Positions 1 to 10,073 of a stretch of 64,000 nucleotides of DNA are shown here, in pieces. Each line of letters starts with the position of its first letter. Positions within the stretch are counted from its first letter, which is position 1. The stretch comes from Microbacteriaceae bacterium (lineage in GTDB: Bacteria > Actinomycetota > Actinomycetes > Actinomycetales > Microbacteriaceae): assembly GCA_947373155.1 (NCBI GenBank), contig CANBWO010000003.1, forward strand, positions 8,968 to 72,967. The letters are read 5' to 3'. The position numbers were made by a program, and so were the translations under genes. The notes under the pieces are model-generated. The model was not told the DNA's origin. It made no database searches and worked only from the letters and a program-made list of their open reading frames with translations.

Positions 1-1290
1 AGAACCAATCTGGCGAACGGTGCTCTGCGAGCCCGAACCCTGACCAATCTTGTCGCTTGGCACGTCGACCATAATCACACCGGTCAGCTGGGCGGTAGCG
101 AAACCAACACCGATTCCGTAAAGCAATAGGCCTGGTGCAACCCAGCCCCAACCGGCGTCAGCGCCGATAGCAAAAGCGGTTACAACCACACCAACAAGCT
201 CAAGCATTACTCCTAGGCGCACAGCTGCGGCTGGAGCAACCTTGCCGCTCATTGCACCACCGGCACCAGAGGCCAAGAAAGCACCGCCGGCTAGCCATAG
301 CAATACGCAACCGCTGCTTACCGGGCTAAGGCCTTCTACGTTCTGCAACCAAAGTGGAAGAGCAAAGATAACGCCGAACTCACCCATGCTGATGATCAGT
401 GCTGCAATGGAGCCATTACGGAAACTGGCGATGCCAAACAGGTCTAGGTCTAGCAAAACGCTCTTGTGAGCGCGGGCGCGGTAACGCTCCCAAAGCACGA
501 ACAAGAAGATGAATGCCACGCTGATTGCTAGCGAAACTGGAATGATGCTGATGCCCGTGGTTGGCCACTTGAAGTCACCAAGAATGAACTGGTTGCTTGC
601 CTTGGCTTCCCACCAGCCATAGGCGCGTCCTTCGATAAGGCCAAAGACCAGGGTAAGGAACATTACAACGGAGATTAATGCGCCAACCAGGTCGACACCG
701 CTCTTGAGGTTTGGAACCTTGGATTCCTTCACGAACAGCATTAGGCCAATCAAAATGATTGCGCCAATCGGCAGGTTAATGTTGAACGCCAGGCGCCAAC
801 CATCGGTGAAGGCAGTTGCCAACCAGCCACCAAGCACAGGACCTAGGGCCACCATTCCACCGATAGTCGAACCCCAGACTGCAAAGGCGATTCCGCGCTC
901 GCGGCCCTGGAAGTTAGCGTTCACCAAAGACAGGGTGGTTGGAAGCACCATAGAGCCACCGATACCCTGCACGATACGGGCCAAAATCATGGCGTTGGCG
1001 TCTTGGCTGGTTCCGGCCCAGTAAGAGGCGGCGATGAAGATCAAGACACCGATTACCAAAAGCGCACGGCGACCGATACGGTCGGCTATCGAACCCCAAA
1101 CCAACAGGAGCGATGCAAACACTAGGACGTAGCTTTCTTGAACCCACTGCACCTGAGTGGAGTCAAGCTTTAGTGCCTTGATGATGTCCGGGAAGATGGT
1201 GTTCACAATGGTTCCATCGATGATTACGAGCGAAATGCCCATCGAGATGAAAACCAAACCGATCCATCGGTTTTGCAGCAACTTGGCCAC
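1..1290 (-). CDS. MFS transporter, DHA2/EmrB-QacA-like drug efflux type (3' end outside window)
   Basis: Absent from the ORF track because it is open at the window edge. My own minus-strand translation starts at GTG 1290-1288, preceded by AAGGAG: VAKLLQNRWIGLVFISMGISLVIIDGTIVNT...WGSIADRIGRR... It has many hydrophobic segments and the MFS DRxGRR motif. Confidence 0.8.
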   Translation of the reverse strand, partial: MAKLLQNRWIGLVFISMGISLVIIDGTIVNTIFPDIIKALKLDSTQVQWVQESYVLVFASLLLVWGSIADRIGRRALLVIGVLIFIAASYWAGTSQDANAMILARIVQGIGGSMVLPTTLSLVNANFQGRERGIAFAVWGSTIGGMVALGPVLGGWLATAFTDGWRLAFNINLPIGAIILIGLMLFVKESKVPNLKSGVDLVGALISVVMFLTLVFGLIEGRAYGWWEAKASNQFILGDFKWPTTGISIIPVSLAISVAFIFLFVLWERYRARAHKSVLLDLDLFGIASFRNGSIAALIISMGEFGVIFALPLWLQNVEGLSPVSSGCVLLWLAGGAFLASGAGGAMSGKVAPAAAVRLGVMLELVGVVVTAFAIGADAGWGWVAPGLLLYGIGVGFATAQLTGVIMVDVPSDKIGQGSGSQSTVRQIGS

Positions 1291-1305
1291 GGTTTCTCCT
1301 TTTAG

Positions 1306-2169
1306 TTAGAACGCCAGCAGGGCGGTTGCCCCCAGCGCCAAAACGATTCCGATGCTCTGCGAAAGCGCGAGCTTCTCTTTAAGAACAAATCTAGCCAGCA
1401 AGATCGTTCCTAGCGGGTATAAAGCTGTTAATACGCTCACCACGGTCAGGCTGCCTTGGCGCACGGCCAGCACAAAAAGCAGGTTGGCGCCAGAATCGAA
1501 TACGCCGGTTGCCAACATGGTTAGCCAGAGTTTTGGCCCCAGGCCGGCAAATGTCGTTGCAGCAACCCTGCCGCTCGCCAGCTGGAAGATCACGTAACCG
1601 CCAAGGACAAGACCGTTTATCAGGCGCACCAAGATCACGGTGGCTATGCCGGAACTTGCCGGTGCATTGTGCAGGCAAATCAGCACAACCCCAATGCCCA
1701 CTCCGGCGCCAATACCAAACAGAGTGCCCTGAATCGTGGGCAACCGAACTGTTTGGCCGGGAACGAAACCCACTAAAAAAACAGCGATGAGCACCAGTAC
1801 GATTGCCAACCAAGCCAGCCAGCCAAATCGTTCGCCCAAAAATACACCAGCGATGGCGGGCACGATGCCCGCAACTAGTGCGCTCAGCGGAGAGAGAATG
1901 CTGATTGGGCCCAGAGCAAGAGCTCGATAAAACATGCTCAGGCCAAACGCGCTAAAGACTCCACCGATCACACCCCACAAAATGGCGGCCGGTGTGAAGT
2001 CGGCTTGGAAAATGCCAGTTGCCAACATCGATGCTAGGAAAAGCAGCCCGGCCCAGGCCGAAATGCCCGTGACCAAGGTGGGCTTTAGTTTGCGGGAGGC
2101 GATTGCGCCAAAGAAGTCGGCTGTGCCATAAACCAGTGAGGTTGCAAAACCAAGGATGACCGCGAGCAC
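1306..2169 (-). CDS. EamA/DMT-family membrane transporter
   Basis: 287-aa polytopic membrane protein with two similar halves of about 5 TM segments each, typical of EamA-domain proteins. Confidence 0.7.
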   Translation of the reverse strand: MLAVILGFATSLVYGTADFFGAIASRKLKPTLVTGISAWAGLLFLASMLATGIFQADFTPAAILWGVIGGVFSAFGLSMFYRALALGPISILSPLSALVAGIVPAIAGVFLGERFGWLAWLAIVLVLIAVFLVGFVPGQTVRLPTIQGTLFGIGAGVGIGVVLICLHNAPASSGIATVILVRLINGLVLGGYVIFQLASGRVAATTFAGLGPKLWLTMLATGVFDSGANLLFVLAVRQGSLTVVSVLTALYPLGTILLARFVLKEKLALSQSIGIVLALGATALLAF

Positions 2170-2256
2170 GGTTCAAGGCTAACTGCTTGATTTTGTTTTT
2201 TGGCGGGTCTAGTGTCGAACTAAATGCCGACTGGCATTTTTTTGGGGGATAAAAAC

Positions 2257-2577
2257 GTGAAGTGGTTTAGGTCTAAGAAGTGGGCTGCGGCACCGGTCGA
2301 ATTGAGCGCCGAAGAGCAGCGATTGACCGCGCTGGCAGAGGCAGAGCTTGCGGGAAACCTGATGCCAGACGGTTCAGTTTTAGGGATCGTGCCGGACCGC
2401 TCATCCATGAACAATATGCCTGTCACTGCTGGGGACTGGACCCTGCGATATGTGAACAAGCTTGGGCTCAAGCCGCTTTCCGCGCCGGGTTCTTGGCTAG
2501 GCCGCACTATTGATGACGTGAACTCCCAGGTGGAGTACAACACTCTGCGAGCTCAGCGCCAGCGCCAAGGCGACTAA
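2257..2577 (+). CDS. hypothetical protein
   Basis: In frame with ORF 2224..2577. I prefer GTG 2257, preceded by GGGGGA, because 2224-2245 forms a hairpin plus T-run. No family recognised. Confidence 0.45.
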   Translation: MKWFRSKKWAAAPVELSAEEQRLTALAEAELAGNLMPDGSVLGIVPDRSSMNNMPVTAGDWTLRYVNKLGLKPLSAPGSWLGRTIDDVNSQVEYNTLRAQRQRQGD

Positions 2578-2578
2578 G

Positions 2579-2678
2579 AAACCACAGTTAAAGTAAAAAT
2601 CCCAGTCGTGAGAACTGGGCGTGGGTTTGCCGTGGCAAAACCACAGTTAAAGTAAAAATCCCAGTCGTGAGAACTGGG
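2579..2678. repeat. tandem duplication (period 59 bp) of a 41-nt terminator-containing block
   Basis: AAACCACAGTTAAAGTAAAAATCCCAGTCGTGAGAACTGGG occurs identically at 2579-2619 and 2638-2678. Confidence 0.9.
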
Positions 2679-2683
2679 ATTTT
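2654..2683. terminator. bidirectional intrinsic terminator (hypothetical gene / tRNA cluster)
   Basis: Stem TCCCAGT (2659-2665) pairs with ACTGGGA (2673-2679), flanked by an A-run and a T-run. Confidence 0.65.
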
Positions 2684-2685
2684 CG

Positions 2686-2758
2686 TGGCTCCGACCGGCG
2701 TCGATCCGGTGACCTAACGATTTTCAGTCGTTCGCTCTACCTACTGAGCTACAGAGCC
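2686..2758 (-). tRNA. tRNA-Phe (GAA)
   Basis: The reverse complement folds as a cloverleaf: GGCTCTG TA GCTC AGTAGGTA GAGC G AACGA CTGAAAA TCGTT AGGTC ACCGG ATCGACG CCGGT CGGAGCC A. CCA is not encoded. Confidence 0.85.
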
Positions 2759-2782
2759 AAGGCAAGCCATTGGCTTACTTTG

Positions 2783-2856
2783 CGATCCTGACGGGACTTG
2801 AACCCGCGACCTCCGCCGTGACAGGGCGGCGCGCTAACCAACTGCGCTACAGGACC
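2783..2856 (-). tRNA. tRNA-Asp (GTC)
   Basis: Reverse complement GGTCCTGTAGCGCAGTTGGTTAGCGCGCCGCCCTGTCACGGCGGAGGTCGCGGGTTCAAGTCCCGTCAGGATCG. Anticodon loop is CTGTCAC. Confidence 0.9.
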
Positions 2857-2889
2857 TTACTTGGTGTTTGAAAACCCTTCGCTTTATAG

Positions 2890-2962
2890 TGACCCCAACG
2901 GGATTCGAACCCGTGCTACCGCCGTGAAAGGGCGGCGTCCTAGGCCACTAAACGATGGGGCC
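2890..2962 (-). tRNA. tRNA-Glu (TTC)
   Basis: Reverse complement GGCCCCATCGTTTAGTGGCCTAGGACGCCGCCCTTTCACGGCGGTAGCACGGGTTCGAATCCCGTTGGGGTCA. Anticodon loop is CTTTCAC. Confidence 0.9.
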
Positions 2963-3079
2963 TACAAAGCAATGGAGCTTTTCAGCACCGAGAGAAAAGC
3001 CTACTGCCTGCGGCGAGGTAACGCAACCCGAGCATTTGCCGATGTTACCCTCGACTCAACAGGTATCGGGAGGTGCGTT

Positions 3080-4279
3080 TTGGCCAAGAAAGTTTTCAAG
3101 GTTTTGGCGCGCTTGGCGATTGTTGCGTTACTGATTCCATCGATGCAGCTTGCTCCTTCTTGGGCAGCTCCAAACTACCCTTCCTGGGCGGACATCCAGG
3201 CGGCTAAAAACAAGGTGGCAGCTAAGAAGGCTCTGATTCAGAAGCTGCAGGCGGTTATTGCCGAGGAGCAAAAGAATGCCGATGCTTTGGGCAAAGTGGC
3301 GCTGATTAAGGGCGAGGCTTTCAACGTTGCTCAAAACGCCGTTGACGCGGTGGCAGCCCGTGTGAATACTTTGCAGGCCCAGGTGGATCAGGCGGGTGCT
3401 CAGGCCACTGCGGCTCAAACCGAACTGGGTCAGATTGCCGCTCAGATGTACCGAGATGGTTCGGCCGGAACCACGCTCAGTCTTTTCCTCGACCCGGGTA
3501 ATGCCACCAACTTGCTTTACAAGCTGGGTGCGCAAAACAAGGTTGCTCAACAGAGCGACACCATTTACCAGCGCGCGGTGACCAAACGTGCCTATGCACA
3601 GAGCCTCACCGATCAACTCAAGGTGGCCAAGCAAGAACTTGCTACCAAGGCAGCCGATGCACGCGCCAAGTTCGACGACGCCCAAAAAGCGGCCAATGCC
3701 GTGCAAGCTCAGGTAAACGCAGACAACGTTTTGAACAAGACCTTCTACGCCCAGCTGGCAGTGTTGCAGAACACCACAGCCGATTTGGAAAAGCAGCGCG
3801 CCGAGGGCTTGGCTGCTGAGGCCCGCCAGAACGCAGGCACCTCGGAGCCAGACGCGCCTTCGCTTTATGACGTCGGGCCACCGAATGATTCTCAGGTGAA
3901 CACGGCAATCAACTTTGCGAAAGCCCAATTGGGTGAGGCCTATGTACTTGGCGGAATGGGCCCGAGCGTTTGGGACTGCTCGGGTATCACTAAGGCTGCC
4001 TACGCAGCGGCGGGCGTCTACATCGGCACGCACTCGGCCACCAATCAGTTCATGACTTTGGCTCTGGCCCGCAAGCTTATCCCTGTGAAAGACGCTGTTG
4101 CCGGAGACCTCATGTGGTACACCCTGCCAGGAGCCGGTTTCAACGGAGACAAGTATCACGTGGTGATTTATCTGGGTGGCGGCATGATGCTCGAAGCCCC
4201 TAACCCCGCGCGCACCGTGCGAATTGTTCCCCTTAGATACGGTGAGCTCTTTCAGTACGCTGGGCGTCCAACCGCCTAA
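3080..4279 (+). CDS. secreted NlpC/P60 (C40) peptidoglycan endopeptidase with N-terminal coiled-coil region
   Basis: The C-terminus has the NlpC/P60 motifs: GGMGPSVWDCSGITKAAY, then HVVIYLGGGMMLEAPNP. The N-terminus is a signal peptide followed by an Ala/Gln-rich coiled coil. The track ORF from 2861 overlaps three tRNAs. TTG 3080 follows GGGAGG (3068-3073). Confidence 0.85.
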   Translation: MAKKVFKVLARLAIVALLIPSMQLAPSWAAPNYPSWADIQAAKNKVAAKKALIQKLQAVIAEEQKNADALGKVALIKGEAFNVAQNAVDAVAARVNTLQAQVDQAGAQATAAQTELGQIAAQMYRDGSAGTTLSLFLDPGNATNLLYKLGAQNKVAQQSDTIYQRAVTKRAYAQSLTDQLKVAKQELATKAADARAKFDDAQKAANAVQAQVNADNVLNKTFYAQLAVLQNTTADLEKQRAEGLAAEARQNAGTSEPDAPSLYDVGPPNDSQVNTAINFAKAQLGEAYVLGGMGPSVWDCSGITKAAYAAAGVYIGTHSATNQFMTLALARKLIPVKDAVAGDLMWYTLPGAGFNGDKYHVVIYLGGGMMLEAPNPARTVRIVPLRYGELFQYAGRPTA

Positions 4280-4321
4280 ATCTGGTTGGCTTCAATCTGC
4301 GTAACGCAGAAGCGTAATTGC

Positions 4322-4361
4322 AAAAACCCCGACCTGCGTTGATTGCAGTGTCGGGGTTTTT
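4322..4361. terminator. bidirectional intrinsic terminator between P60 gene and ppa
   Basis: CCCCGAC (4327-4333) pairs with GTCGGGG (4350-4356), with an inner CTGC/GCAG pairing and A-run and T-run flanks. Confidence 0.75.
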
Positions 4362-4371
4362 GATTTGAAAA

Positions 4372-4860
4372 CTAGTGACCTTCGGTCTTGAAGCGCTCCT
4401 GTGCTTCAACGATTAGCTTCTCAGCTACATCCTTGCCAGCCCACTCGCCAACCTTTACCCACTTGCCTGGCTCTAGGTCCTTGTAGTGGCTAAAGAAGTG
4501 AAGGATTTCATCCTTGGTCTGCTGCGGCACATCGTTGATGTCCTGGATGTGGTTCCAGCGCTTGTCCTTTGCAGGAACACAGATGACCTTTTCATCGATG
4601 CCGCCGTCGTCTTCCATAGGAAGAACACCAACCGGGCGAACCGAGACGCCAACGCCAGGGTAGACCGGGAACTCAAGAAGCACGAGTGCGTCTAGTGGGT
4701 CGCCGTCTCCGCCCAGGGTGTTGTCAAAGTATCCGTAGTCCACTGGGTAGACAAATGGGGTGAAAAGTACGCGGTCCAAAAATACGCGACCCGACACGTG
4801 GTCGACCTCGTACTTGTTGCGGCTGCCGCGAGGGATTTCGATAATGGCGTCGTAAGGCAT
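4372..4860 (-). CDS. ppa: inorganic pyrophosphatase (family I)
   Basis: 162 aa. The sequence [14 protein letters not shown]...[10 protein letters not shown] is typical of soluble family I PPase. Confidence 0.95.
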   Translation of the reverse strand: MPYDAIIEIPRGSRNKYEVDHVSGRVFLDRVLFTPFVYPVDYGYFDNTLGGDGDPLDALVLLEFPVYPGVGVSVRPVGVLPMEDDGGIDEKVICVPAKDKRWNHIQDINDVPQQTKDEILHFFSHYKDLEPGKWVKVGEWAGKDVAEKLIVEAQERFKTEGH

Positions 4861-4944
4861 GCTGGCTCCAAAATAGGCTTAGAAAAGAGGAAACTCTTAG
4901 AACCAAGGTTACCCAAACCTAGGACCAAAGAATTGCGAGCGCAA

Positions 4945-5961
4945 ATGACTGATCGGCCAAGGCTTAGCCCCGCTATCGCCGATGTTCGTAGAGCGGTGCG
5001 CGAGAACTGGGCGCGGGTTGGAGTTGTAAAAGGTGATCGCCTTTTGATTGCCTGCAGCGGCGGCGCGGATTCCCTGGCGTTAGTTGGGGCGAGTGTCTTT
5101 GAGGCAGAACGTGCCGGCTTGGAGTTGGCAGTTGCGGTAGTTGACCATGGGCTACAGCAGGGTTCACCTGCGGTAGCTGAAAACGCAGCCCATGCCTGCC
5201 GCGAACTTGGGGTGGGCCGTGTGACGGTCGTTCGGGTTCAGGTTGACCTGGCCGCCGGCAAAGGCATGGAGGCGAGCGCAAGAGATGCCAGGTACCAGGC
5301 ACTTCGCAACTTGCAAACCAAGCTCAACGCCAAATTTGTCATGCTTGGCCACACACTAAACGATCAGGCAGAGACTGTTTTGTTGGGCCTGACCAGGGGT
5401 TCTGGCCCACGATCGGTCGCCGGTATGCAGGGCATCGATGGGATTTGGCTGCGTCCGCTTCTGGTCATTGACCGCGCCACCACCGAGCAGTTTTGCAAGG
5501 ACTCCGGAATCGACTTTTGGGTTGATCCGCACAATTCGGATTCCGCTTACACCCGAGTTCGGATTCGCAAGAATGTGCTACCGGTGGTGGAGCAGGAACT
5601 GGGTCCAGGCGTGGCTTTGGCTTTGGCGCGCACCGCTAACCTGCTGAGGCAAGACCTTGATTTTCTGGATCAGCTGGCAAGCGAGCAGTTTGAATCGCTT
5701 TCGGTTAGCTCTGCCACGGGCCTAGAACTACCTGTGGTCCAAATTGAAAAGCTTCATCCGGCGATTTTGAGCCGGGTAATTCAGTTGTCTTTGCAGGTGT
5801 TTGGGACAGCTTTTAGCAAAACCCACATCGATGCGGTTTGTGAACTGGTTGGGAACTGGCACGGGCAGAAAGAACTCACCCTGCCAGGGGTTAGAGTTGT
5901 AAGACAAGACGGCGTCCTCGTCTTTAAATCGTCTAAGACTCTCAAGCCAGGAGCCTGTTAA
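4945..5961 (+). CDS. tilS: tRNA(Ile)-lysidine synthase
   Basis: PP-loop motif ACSGGADSLAL. Sits upstream of hpt as in other actinobacteria. ATG 4945 is chosen to avoid overlap with ppa. Confidence 0.85.
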   Translation: MTDRPRLSPAIADVRRAVRENWARVGVVKGDRLLIACSGGADSLALVGASVFEAERAGLELAVAVVDHGLQQGSPAVAENAAHACRELGVGRVTVVRVQVDLAAGKGMEASARDARYQALRNLQTKLNAKFVMLGHTLNDQAETVLLGLTRGSGPRSVAGMQGIDGIWLRPLLVIDRATTEQFCKDSGIDFWVDPHNSDSAYTRVRIRKNVLPVVEQELGPGVALALARTANLLRQDLDFLDQLASEQFESLSVSSATGLELPVVQIEKLHPAILSRVIQLSLQVFGTAFSKTHIDAVCELVGNWHGQKELTLPGVRVVRQDGVLVFKSSKTLKPGAC

Positions 5962-6513
5962 TTGAACCTCGAGTCAGTTAAGAACCAAATCACCAAGGTG
6001 CTTGTCACCGAAGAGCAAATCGTGGGGCGAGTTGCTGAACTAGCAGCCGAGATCGATGCCAAGTACGCCGGTAAAGAGGTTCTGCTGGTTGGTGTTCTAA
6101 AGGGCGCGGTCATGTTCATGGCAGACCTATCTCGTGCGCTACAGATTCCTTCCACCATGGATTGGATGGCGCTTTCTTCCTATGGTTCTGGCACTGTATC
6201 GAGCGGTGTGATCCGAATCCTAAAGGACCTAGACGCAGAGATTCACGGCAAGCACGTGATCATCGTTGAAGACATCATTGACAGCGGTCTAACCCTTTCT
6301 TGGTTGGCTGGCACTCTAGAAGCCCGCGGCGCTGCCTCGGTGGATGTGGTTGCATTCTTGCGTAAGCCAGACGCCGCCAAGGTTGAGGTTCCGGTTTGGT
6401 TGGTCGGTTTCGACATCCCTAACGAGTTCGTAGTGGGTTACGGCCTGGACTACAACGAGCACTACCGAACCTTGAACTGTGTTGCAGTTCTAGACCCAAA
6501 GGTTTACAGCTAA
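5962..6513 (+). CDS. hpt: hypoxanthine phosphoribosyltransferase
   Basis: PRPP-binding motif VIIVEDIIDSGLTL. AGGAG lies 8 nt upstream of TTG 5962. Confidence 0.9.
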   Translation: MNLESVKNQITKVLVTEEQIVGRVAELAAEIDAKYAGKEVLLVGVLKGAVMFMADLSRALQIPSTMDWMALSSYGSGTVSSGVIRILKDLDAEIHGKHVIIVEDIIDSGLTLSWLAGTLEARGAASVDVVAFLRKPDAAKVEVPVWLVGFDIPNEFVVGYGLDYNEHYRTLNCVAVLDPKVYS

Positions 6514-6636
6514 ACCGCTGAACCATTTGTTGGGTTTTCCACAGGATTTTCCCTGTCTGCGAACAGCCTGTGAGCCCTGAAATAAGCGGAGTAACCTTGT
6601 GGTTACCTTCTTGTACACAGAAAGTACGCCGTAAGC

Positions 6637-8619
6637 ATGAACTTTAAGAAACTCCTCAGTGGTCCATTCGTCTGGATCATGGTTGCCTTGGTGGTCTTGA
6701 TCATCGGTACCAACTTGATAAGCGGTGGCGGTTACCGTCAGGTGAGCACCGCAACTGGTCTGCACCTAATCCAGACCGGCCAAGCCGAGCGAGTCACCGT
6801 TCTAGATGGCGAACAGCGCGTTGATGTAACCCTTACCGCAAAGGATGCCAACGGCAGCAACAAGTTGGTTCAGTTCTTCTACGTTGGCCCTCGTGGCAAG
6901 CAGGTGGTAGACGCCATTGCTGCCTCCAAGATTGTTCACGGATACGACGACACCGTTCCAAACACCCCTTGGTACATCTCTCTGCTGGGCACACTCTTGC
7001 CGTTTGTCATCATCGGTGCCATTTTCTGGTTCCTCATGGGCAGCATGCAGGGTGGCAACAGCCGAGTTATGAACTTTGGAAAGAGCCGCGCCAAGCTGGT
7101 TAACAAAGACAACCCAAAGGTTACTTTCGCCGATGTTGCCGGAGCGGACGAAGCCATTGAAGAACTTGAAGAAATCAAGGAGTTCCTAAAGGAGCCACAA
7201 AAGTTCCAGGCTGTGGGCGCAAAAATCCCTCGCGGTGTTTTGCTCTACGGCCCTCCGGGAACCGGTAAGACCCTGGTTGCCAAGGCAGTTGCTGGCGAGG
7301 CCGGCGTTCCGTTTTTCACCATCTCCGGTTCGGACTTCGTTGAGATGTTCGTTGGTGTTGGTGCATCTCGTGTACGAGACCTCTTCGAGCAGGCCAAGGC
7401 CAGCGCTCCAGCCATCATCTTCGTAGATGAAATCGATGCGGTTGGTCGTCATCGCGGTGCCGGAATTGGCGGCGGAAACGACGAACGCGAGCAGACCCTA
7501 AACCAGTTGCTAGTGGAGATGGATGGTTTCGACAGCAAGACCAACGTGATCTTGATTGCCGCTACCAACCGTCCAGACATCCTCGACCCAGCTTTGCTGC
7601 GTCCTGGTCGCTTCGACCGCCAGATTGGTGTTGGCGCGCCAGACCTAATCGGTCGCGAGCAAATCCTCAAGGTTCACTCCAAGGGCAAGCCAATCGGACC
7701 AGACGTTGACTTGGCTCAGGTGGCACGCCGTACCCCAGGTTTCACCGGTGCAGATCTTGCCAACGTTCTAAATGAGGCCGCGCTTCTGACCGCTCGTGGC
7801 AACAAGACCGTGATTGATGCACCAACCCTCGACGAAGCGATCGACCGTGTAATCGGTGGGCCGCAGAAGAAGAGCCGCTTGATGCAGGACCAGGAGCGCC
7901 TGAACACCGCTTACCACGAGGCCGGCCACGCCCTGGTTGCCGCTTCGCTTCACAGCTCCGACCCGGTCACCAAGATCACCATTCTTCCTCGCGGACGAGC
8001 TCTTGGTTACACCATGGTCGTTCCCATGGAAGACCGTTACTCGGTATCGCGCAACCAGCTACTGGACCAGATGGCATGGGCCATGGGTGGCCGCGTAGCC
8101 GAGGAAATCGTGTTCCACGATCCAACCACCGGCGCCAGCAACGACTTTGAGAAAGCTACCAGTATTGCCCGCAGCATGGTGACCCAGTACGGATTCAGTT
8201 CGTCACTAGGTTCCGTGGCATTTGGCAGTGGCGCCGAGGTCTTCATCGGTCGCGACATGGCTCAGAAAGCCGACTACTCGGAGGCAACCGCTCAAATCAT
8301 CGATGTTGAAGTTCGTGCCCTACTTGAGGGTGCCCACCAGGAGGCCTACGCGGCTCTGAACCTGAACCGCGATGTTCTAGACGCGCTGGCTAAGGAATTG
8401 ATGGAGCGCGAGACCCTGCAGGCAGACGACATCGCTCGTATCTTTACCAACGTAAAGAAGATCCCAGCTCGAAAGACTTGGCTGAGCAGTGAAAAGCGTC
8501 CGGTTTCCAAGATTCCGCCGATTGCGATTCCGCCGAAGGCATCAACCGTAGAAGCGCCAGTTGCTCCAGCTAAGCCAAAGGCAGTTCGCAAGCCGCGCGT
8601 CAAGAAAGAAGCCGAGTAG
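6637..8619 (+). CDS. ftsH: ATP-dependent zinc metalloprotease FtsH
   Basis: Walker A GPPGTGKT, Walker B IIFVDEID, the SRH region, the zinc motif HEAGHA and two N-terminal TM segments. Confidence 0.97.
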   Translation: MNFKKLLSGPFVWIMVALVVLIIGTNLISGGGYRQVSTATGLHLIQTGQAERVTVLDGEQRVDVTLTAKDANGSNKLVQFFYVGPRGKQVVDAIAASKIVHGYDDTVPNTPWYISLLGTLLPFVIIGAIFWFLMGSMQGGNSRVMNFGKSRAKLVNKDNPKVTFADVAGADEAIEELEEIKEFLKEPQKFQAVGAKIPRGVLLYGPPGTGKTLVAKAVAGEAGVPFFTISGSDFVEMFVGVGASRVRDLFEQAKASAPAIIFVDEIDAVGRHRGAGIGGGNDEREQTLNQLLVEMDGFDSKTNVILIAATNRPDILDPALLRPGRFDRQIGVGAPDLIGREQILKVHSKGKPIGPDVDLAQVARRTPGFTGADLANVLNEAALLTARGNKTVIDAPTLDEAIDRVIGGPQKKSRLMQDQERLNTAYHEAGHALVAASLHSSDPVTKITILPRGRALGYTMVVPMEDRYSVSRNQLLDQMAWAMGGRVAEEIVFHDPTTGASNDFEKATSIARSMVTQYGFSSSLGSVAFGSGAEVFIGRDMAQKADYSEATAQIIDVEVRALLEGAHQEAYAALNLNRDVLDALAKELMERETLQADDIARIFTNVKKIPARKTWLSSEKRPVSKIPPIAIPPKASTVEAPVAPAKPKAVRKPRVKKEAE

Positions 8620-8628
8620 GCTCGACTC

Positions 8629-9183
8629 GTGATTGACGTTCAACGCATTAAGAATGCGGTTATCGAACTTTTAGCTGCGATTGGCGAAGACCCAACCAGG
8701 CCGGAACTTTTGGCAACCCCAACCAAGGTGGCCGAGGCCTATCAGGGGTTTTTCGCTGGCGTGGGGCAAGACCCCGCGGCAGTTCTGCAGGACACCTTTG
8801 AGGCAGAACAAAACGATGTTGTAATTCTCAAGGACATCGAACTGGTTTCCATTTGCGAACATCACCTGCTGCCCTTTACCGGTGTAGCTCACATTGCTTA
8901 CCTACCAACCGATCGCGTGGTTGGCTTGGGTCGGCTTCCAAAACTCGTTGAGGTTTTGGCGTCTCGCCCACAGCTGCAGGAGAACCTAACGGCCCAAATT
9001 GCCGATGCCCTAGAGGGTGGCTTGGGAACCAAAGGCGTAGTAGTTGTAATTGAAGCCAGGCATCACTGCGTGGCTTCTCGCGGTGCCAGGCAACCAGAGG
9101 TGCAGACCGTGACCATGGCAACCCGAGGCATTTATCAAGAACCGCTCTTGCGAGCCGAAGTCATGGGTCTTATTTCAAAGTGA
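8629..9183 (+). CDS. folE: GTP cyclohydrolase I
   Basis: Motifs SICEHHLLPF and VIEARHHC. Lies in the ftsH-folE-folP-folB-folK order. Confidence 0.95.
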   Translation: MIDVQRIKNAVIELLAAIGEDPTRPELLATPTKVAEAYQGFFAGVGQDPAAVLQDTFEAEQNDVVILKDIELVSICEHHLLPFTGVAHIAYLPTDRVVGLGRLPKLVEVLASRPQLQENLTAQIADALEGGLGTKGVVVVIEARHHCVASRGARQPEVQTVTMATRGIYQEPLLRAEVMGLISK

Positions 9184-10070
9184 CGGCACTGAATCTTGCC
9201 GAGGCCGCCGCAAGTTACAAGCGGCCGTTGGTCATGGGCGTAATCAACATGACCCCCGATTCCTTTAGCGATGGCGGAACCTACAACGACCTGGGCGCCG
9301 GTCTGGCGCAAGCCCGACTCCTTATTCTTGACGGCGCAGACATCATCGATATCGGCGGCGAATCCACCAGACCGGGTGCCGAACGGGTGCCGGTCCTAGA
9401 GGAAATCAGCCGAGTGGTTCCGCTGATTGAGGCCCTAAAAGCAGCCGATTGGTTTACCGCATCCGGCGCCAAAATCAGCATCGACACCATGAATTCAGAG
9501 ACCGCAGCCGCAGCGGTTGCCGCAGGCGCGAGCATTGTGAACGATGTCTCGGGCGGTTTGGCAGACCCGGCCATGCACAAAGTTGTGGCGGCTACCGACG
9601 CCACTTATTTATTGAGCCACTGGCGCGGATTCAGTCAGAACATGGATTCCCTAAACCAATACGCCGATATCGCAGCCGACGTGGTTGCAGAACTTAGTGA
9701 GCAAGTGGCAATTGCTATTGCAAACGGCATTCCGCGCTCGCGTATCGTTGTGGATCCGGGGCTTGGCTTCGCCAAAGACCTCAAGCAAAACTGGGAACTT
9801 GTAGCCAGGCTCGATGAGGTAGAAAAACTTGGCTTGCCGGTAATGGTGGGTGCATCGCGCAAGCGCTTCTTGGCCGGGGTACTAGACGCCGAGAACCCGG
9901 TTTCGGTTGATAACTCGCGCCGAGATTTAGCCACCGCTGTTCTTACCGCGTTGTTGCTGCAGCGCAAACTCTGGGGGATTCGTGTCCATAATGTCCAGGC
10001 CAGTGTTGATGCCATCAAATTGGTAGAAGCATTGCGCCTTGCGGGCAACCCCAATCCAAAGCAGAGTTAA
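9180..10070 (+). CDS. folP: dihydropteroate synthase
   Basis: Motifs GVINMTPDSFSDGG, IIDIGGESTRPG and VGASRKRF. Confidence 0.95.
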   Translation: MTALNLAEAAASYKRPLVMGVINMTPDSFSDGGTYNDLGAGLAQARLLILDGADIIDIGGESTRPGAERVPVLEEISRVVPLIEALKAADWFTASGAKISIDTMNSETAAAAVAAGASIVNDVSGGLADPAMHKVVAATDATYLLSHWRGFSQNMDSLNQYADIAADVVAELSEQVAIAIANGIPRSRIVVDPGLGFAKDLKQNWELVARLDEVEKLGLPVMVGASRKRFLAGVLDAENPVSVDNSRRDLATAVLTALLLQRKLWGIRVHNVQASVDAIKLVEALRLAGNPNPKQS

Positions 10071-10073
10071 ACC

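Noticed and set aside
2861-3079. The N-terminal 73 codons of track ORF 2861..4279.
   Set aside because: This part overlaps tRNA-Glu on the opposite strand. A TTG with a GGGAGG SD at 3080 precedes a proper signal peptide, so the extension is not coding.
2963-3079. A possible cyclic-di-AMP (ydaO-type) riboswitch upstream of the NlpC/P60 gene, as seen for some actinobacterial cell-wall hydrolases.
   Set aside because: The leader is only about 117 nt. I could not find the conserved GGGG/ACGGGGA/CCCA-type blocks or the pseudo-symmetric architecture. Only a simple GGTAAC...GTTACC hairpin is present.
6591-6606. A GTAACC-TTGT-GGTTAC hairpin in the hpt-ftsH spacer, considered as a regulatory element.
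   Set aside because: It has only a 6-bp stem, no flanking T-run and no recognisable motif, so it is too weak to call.
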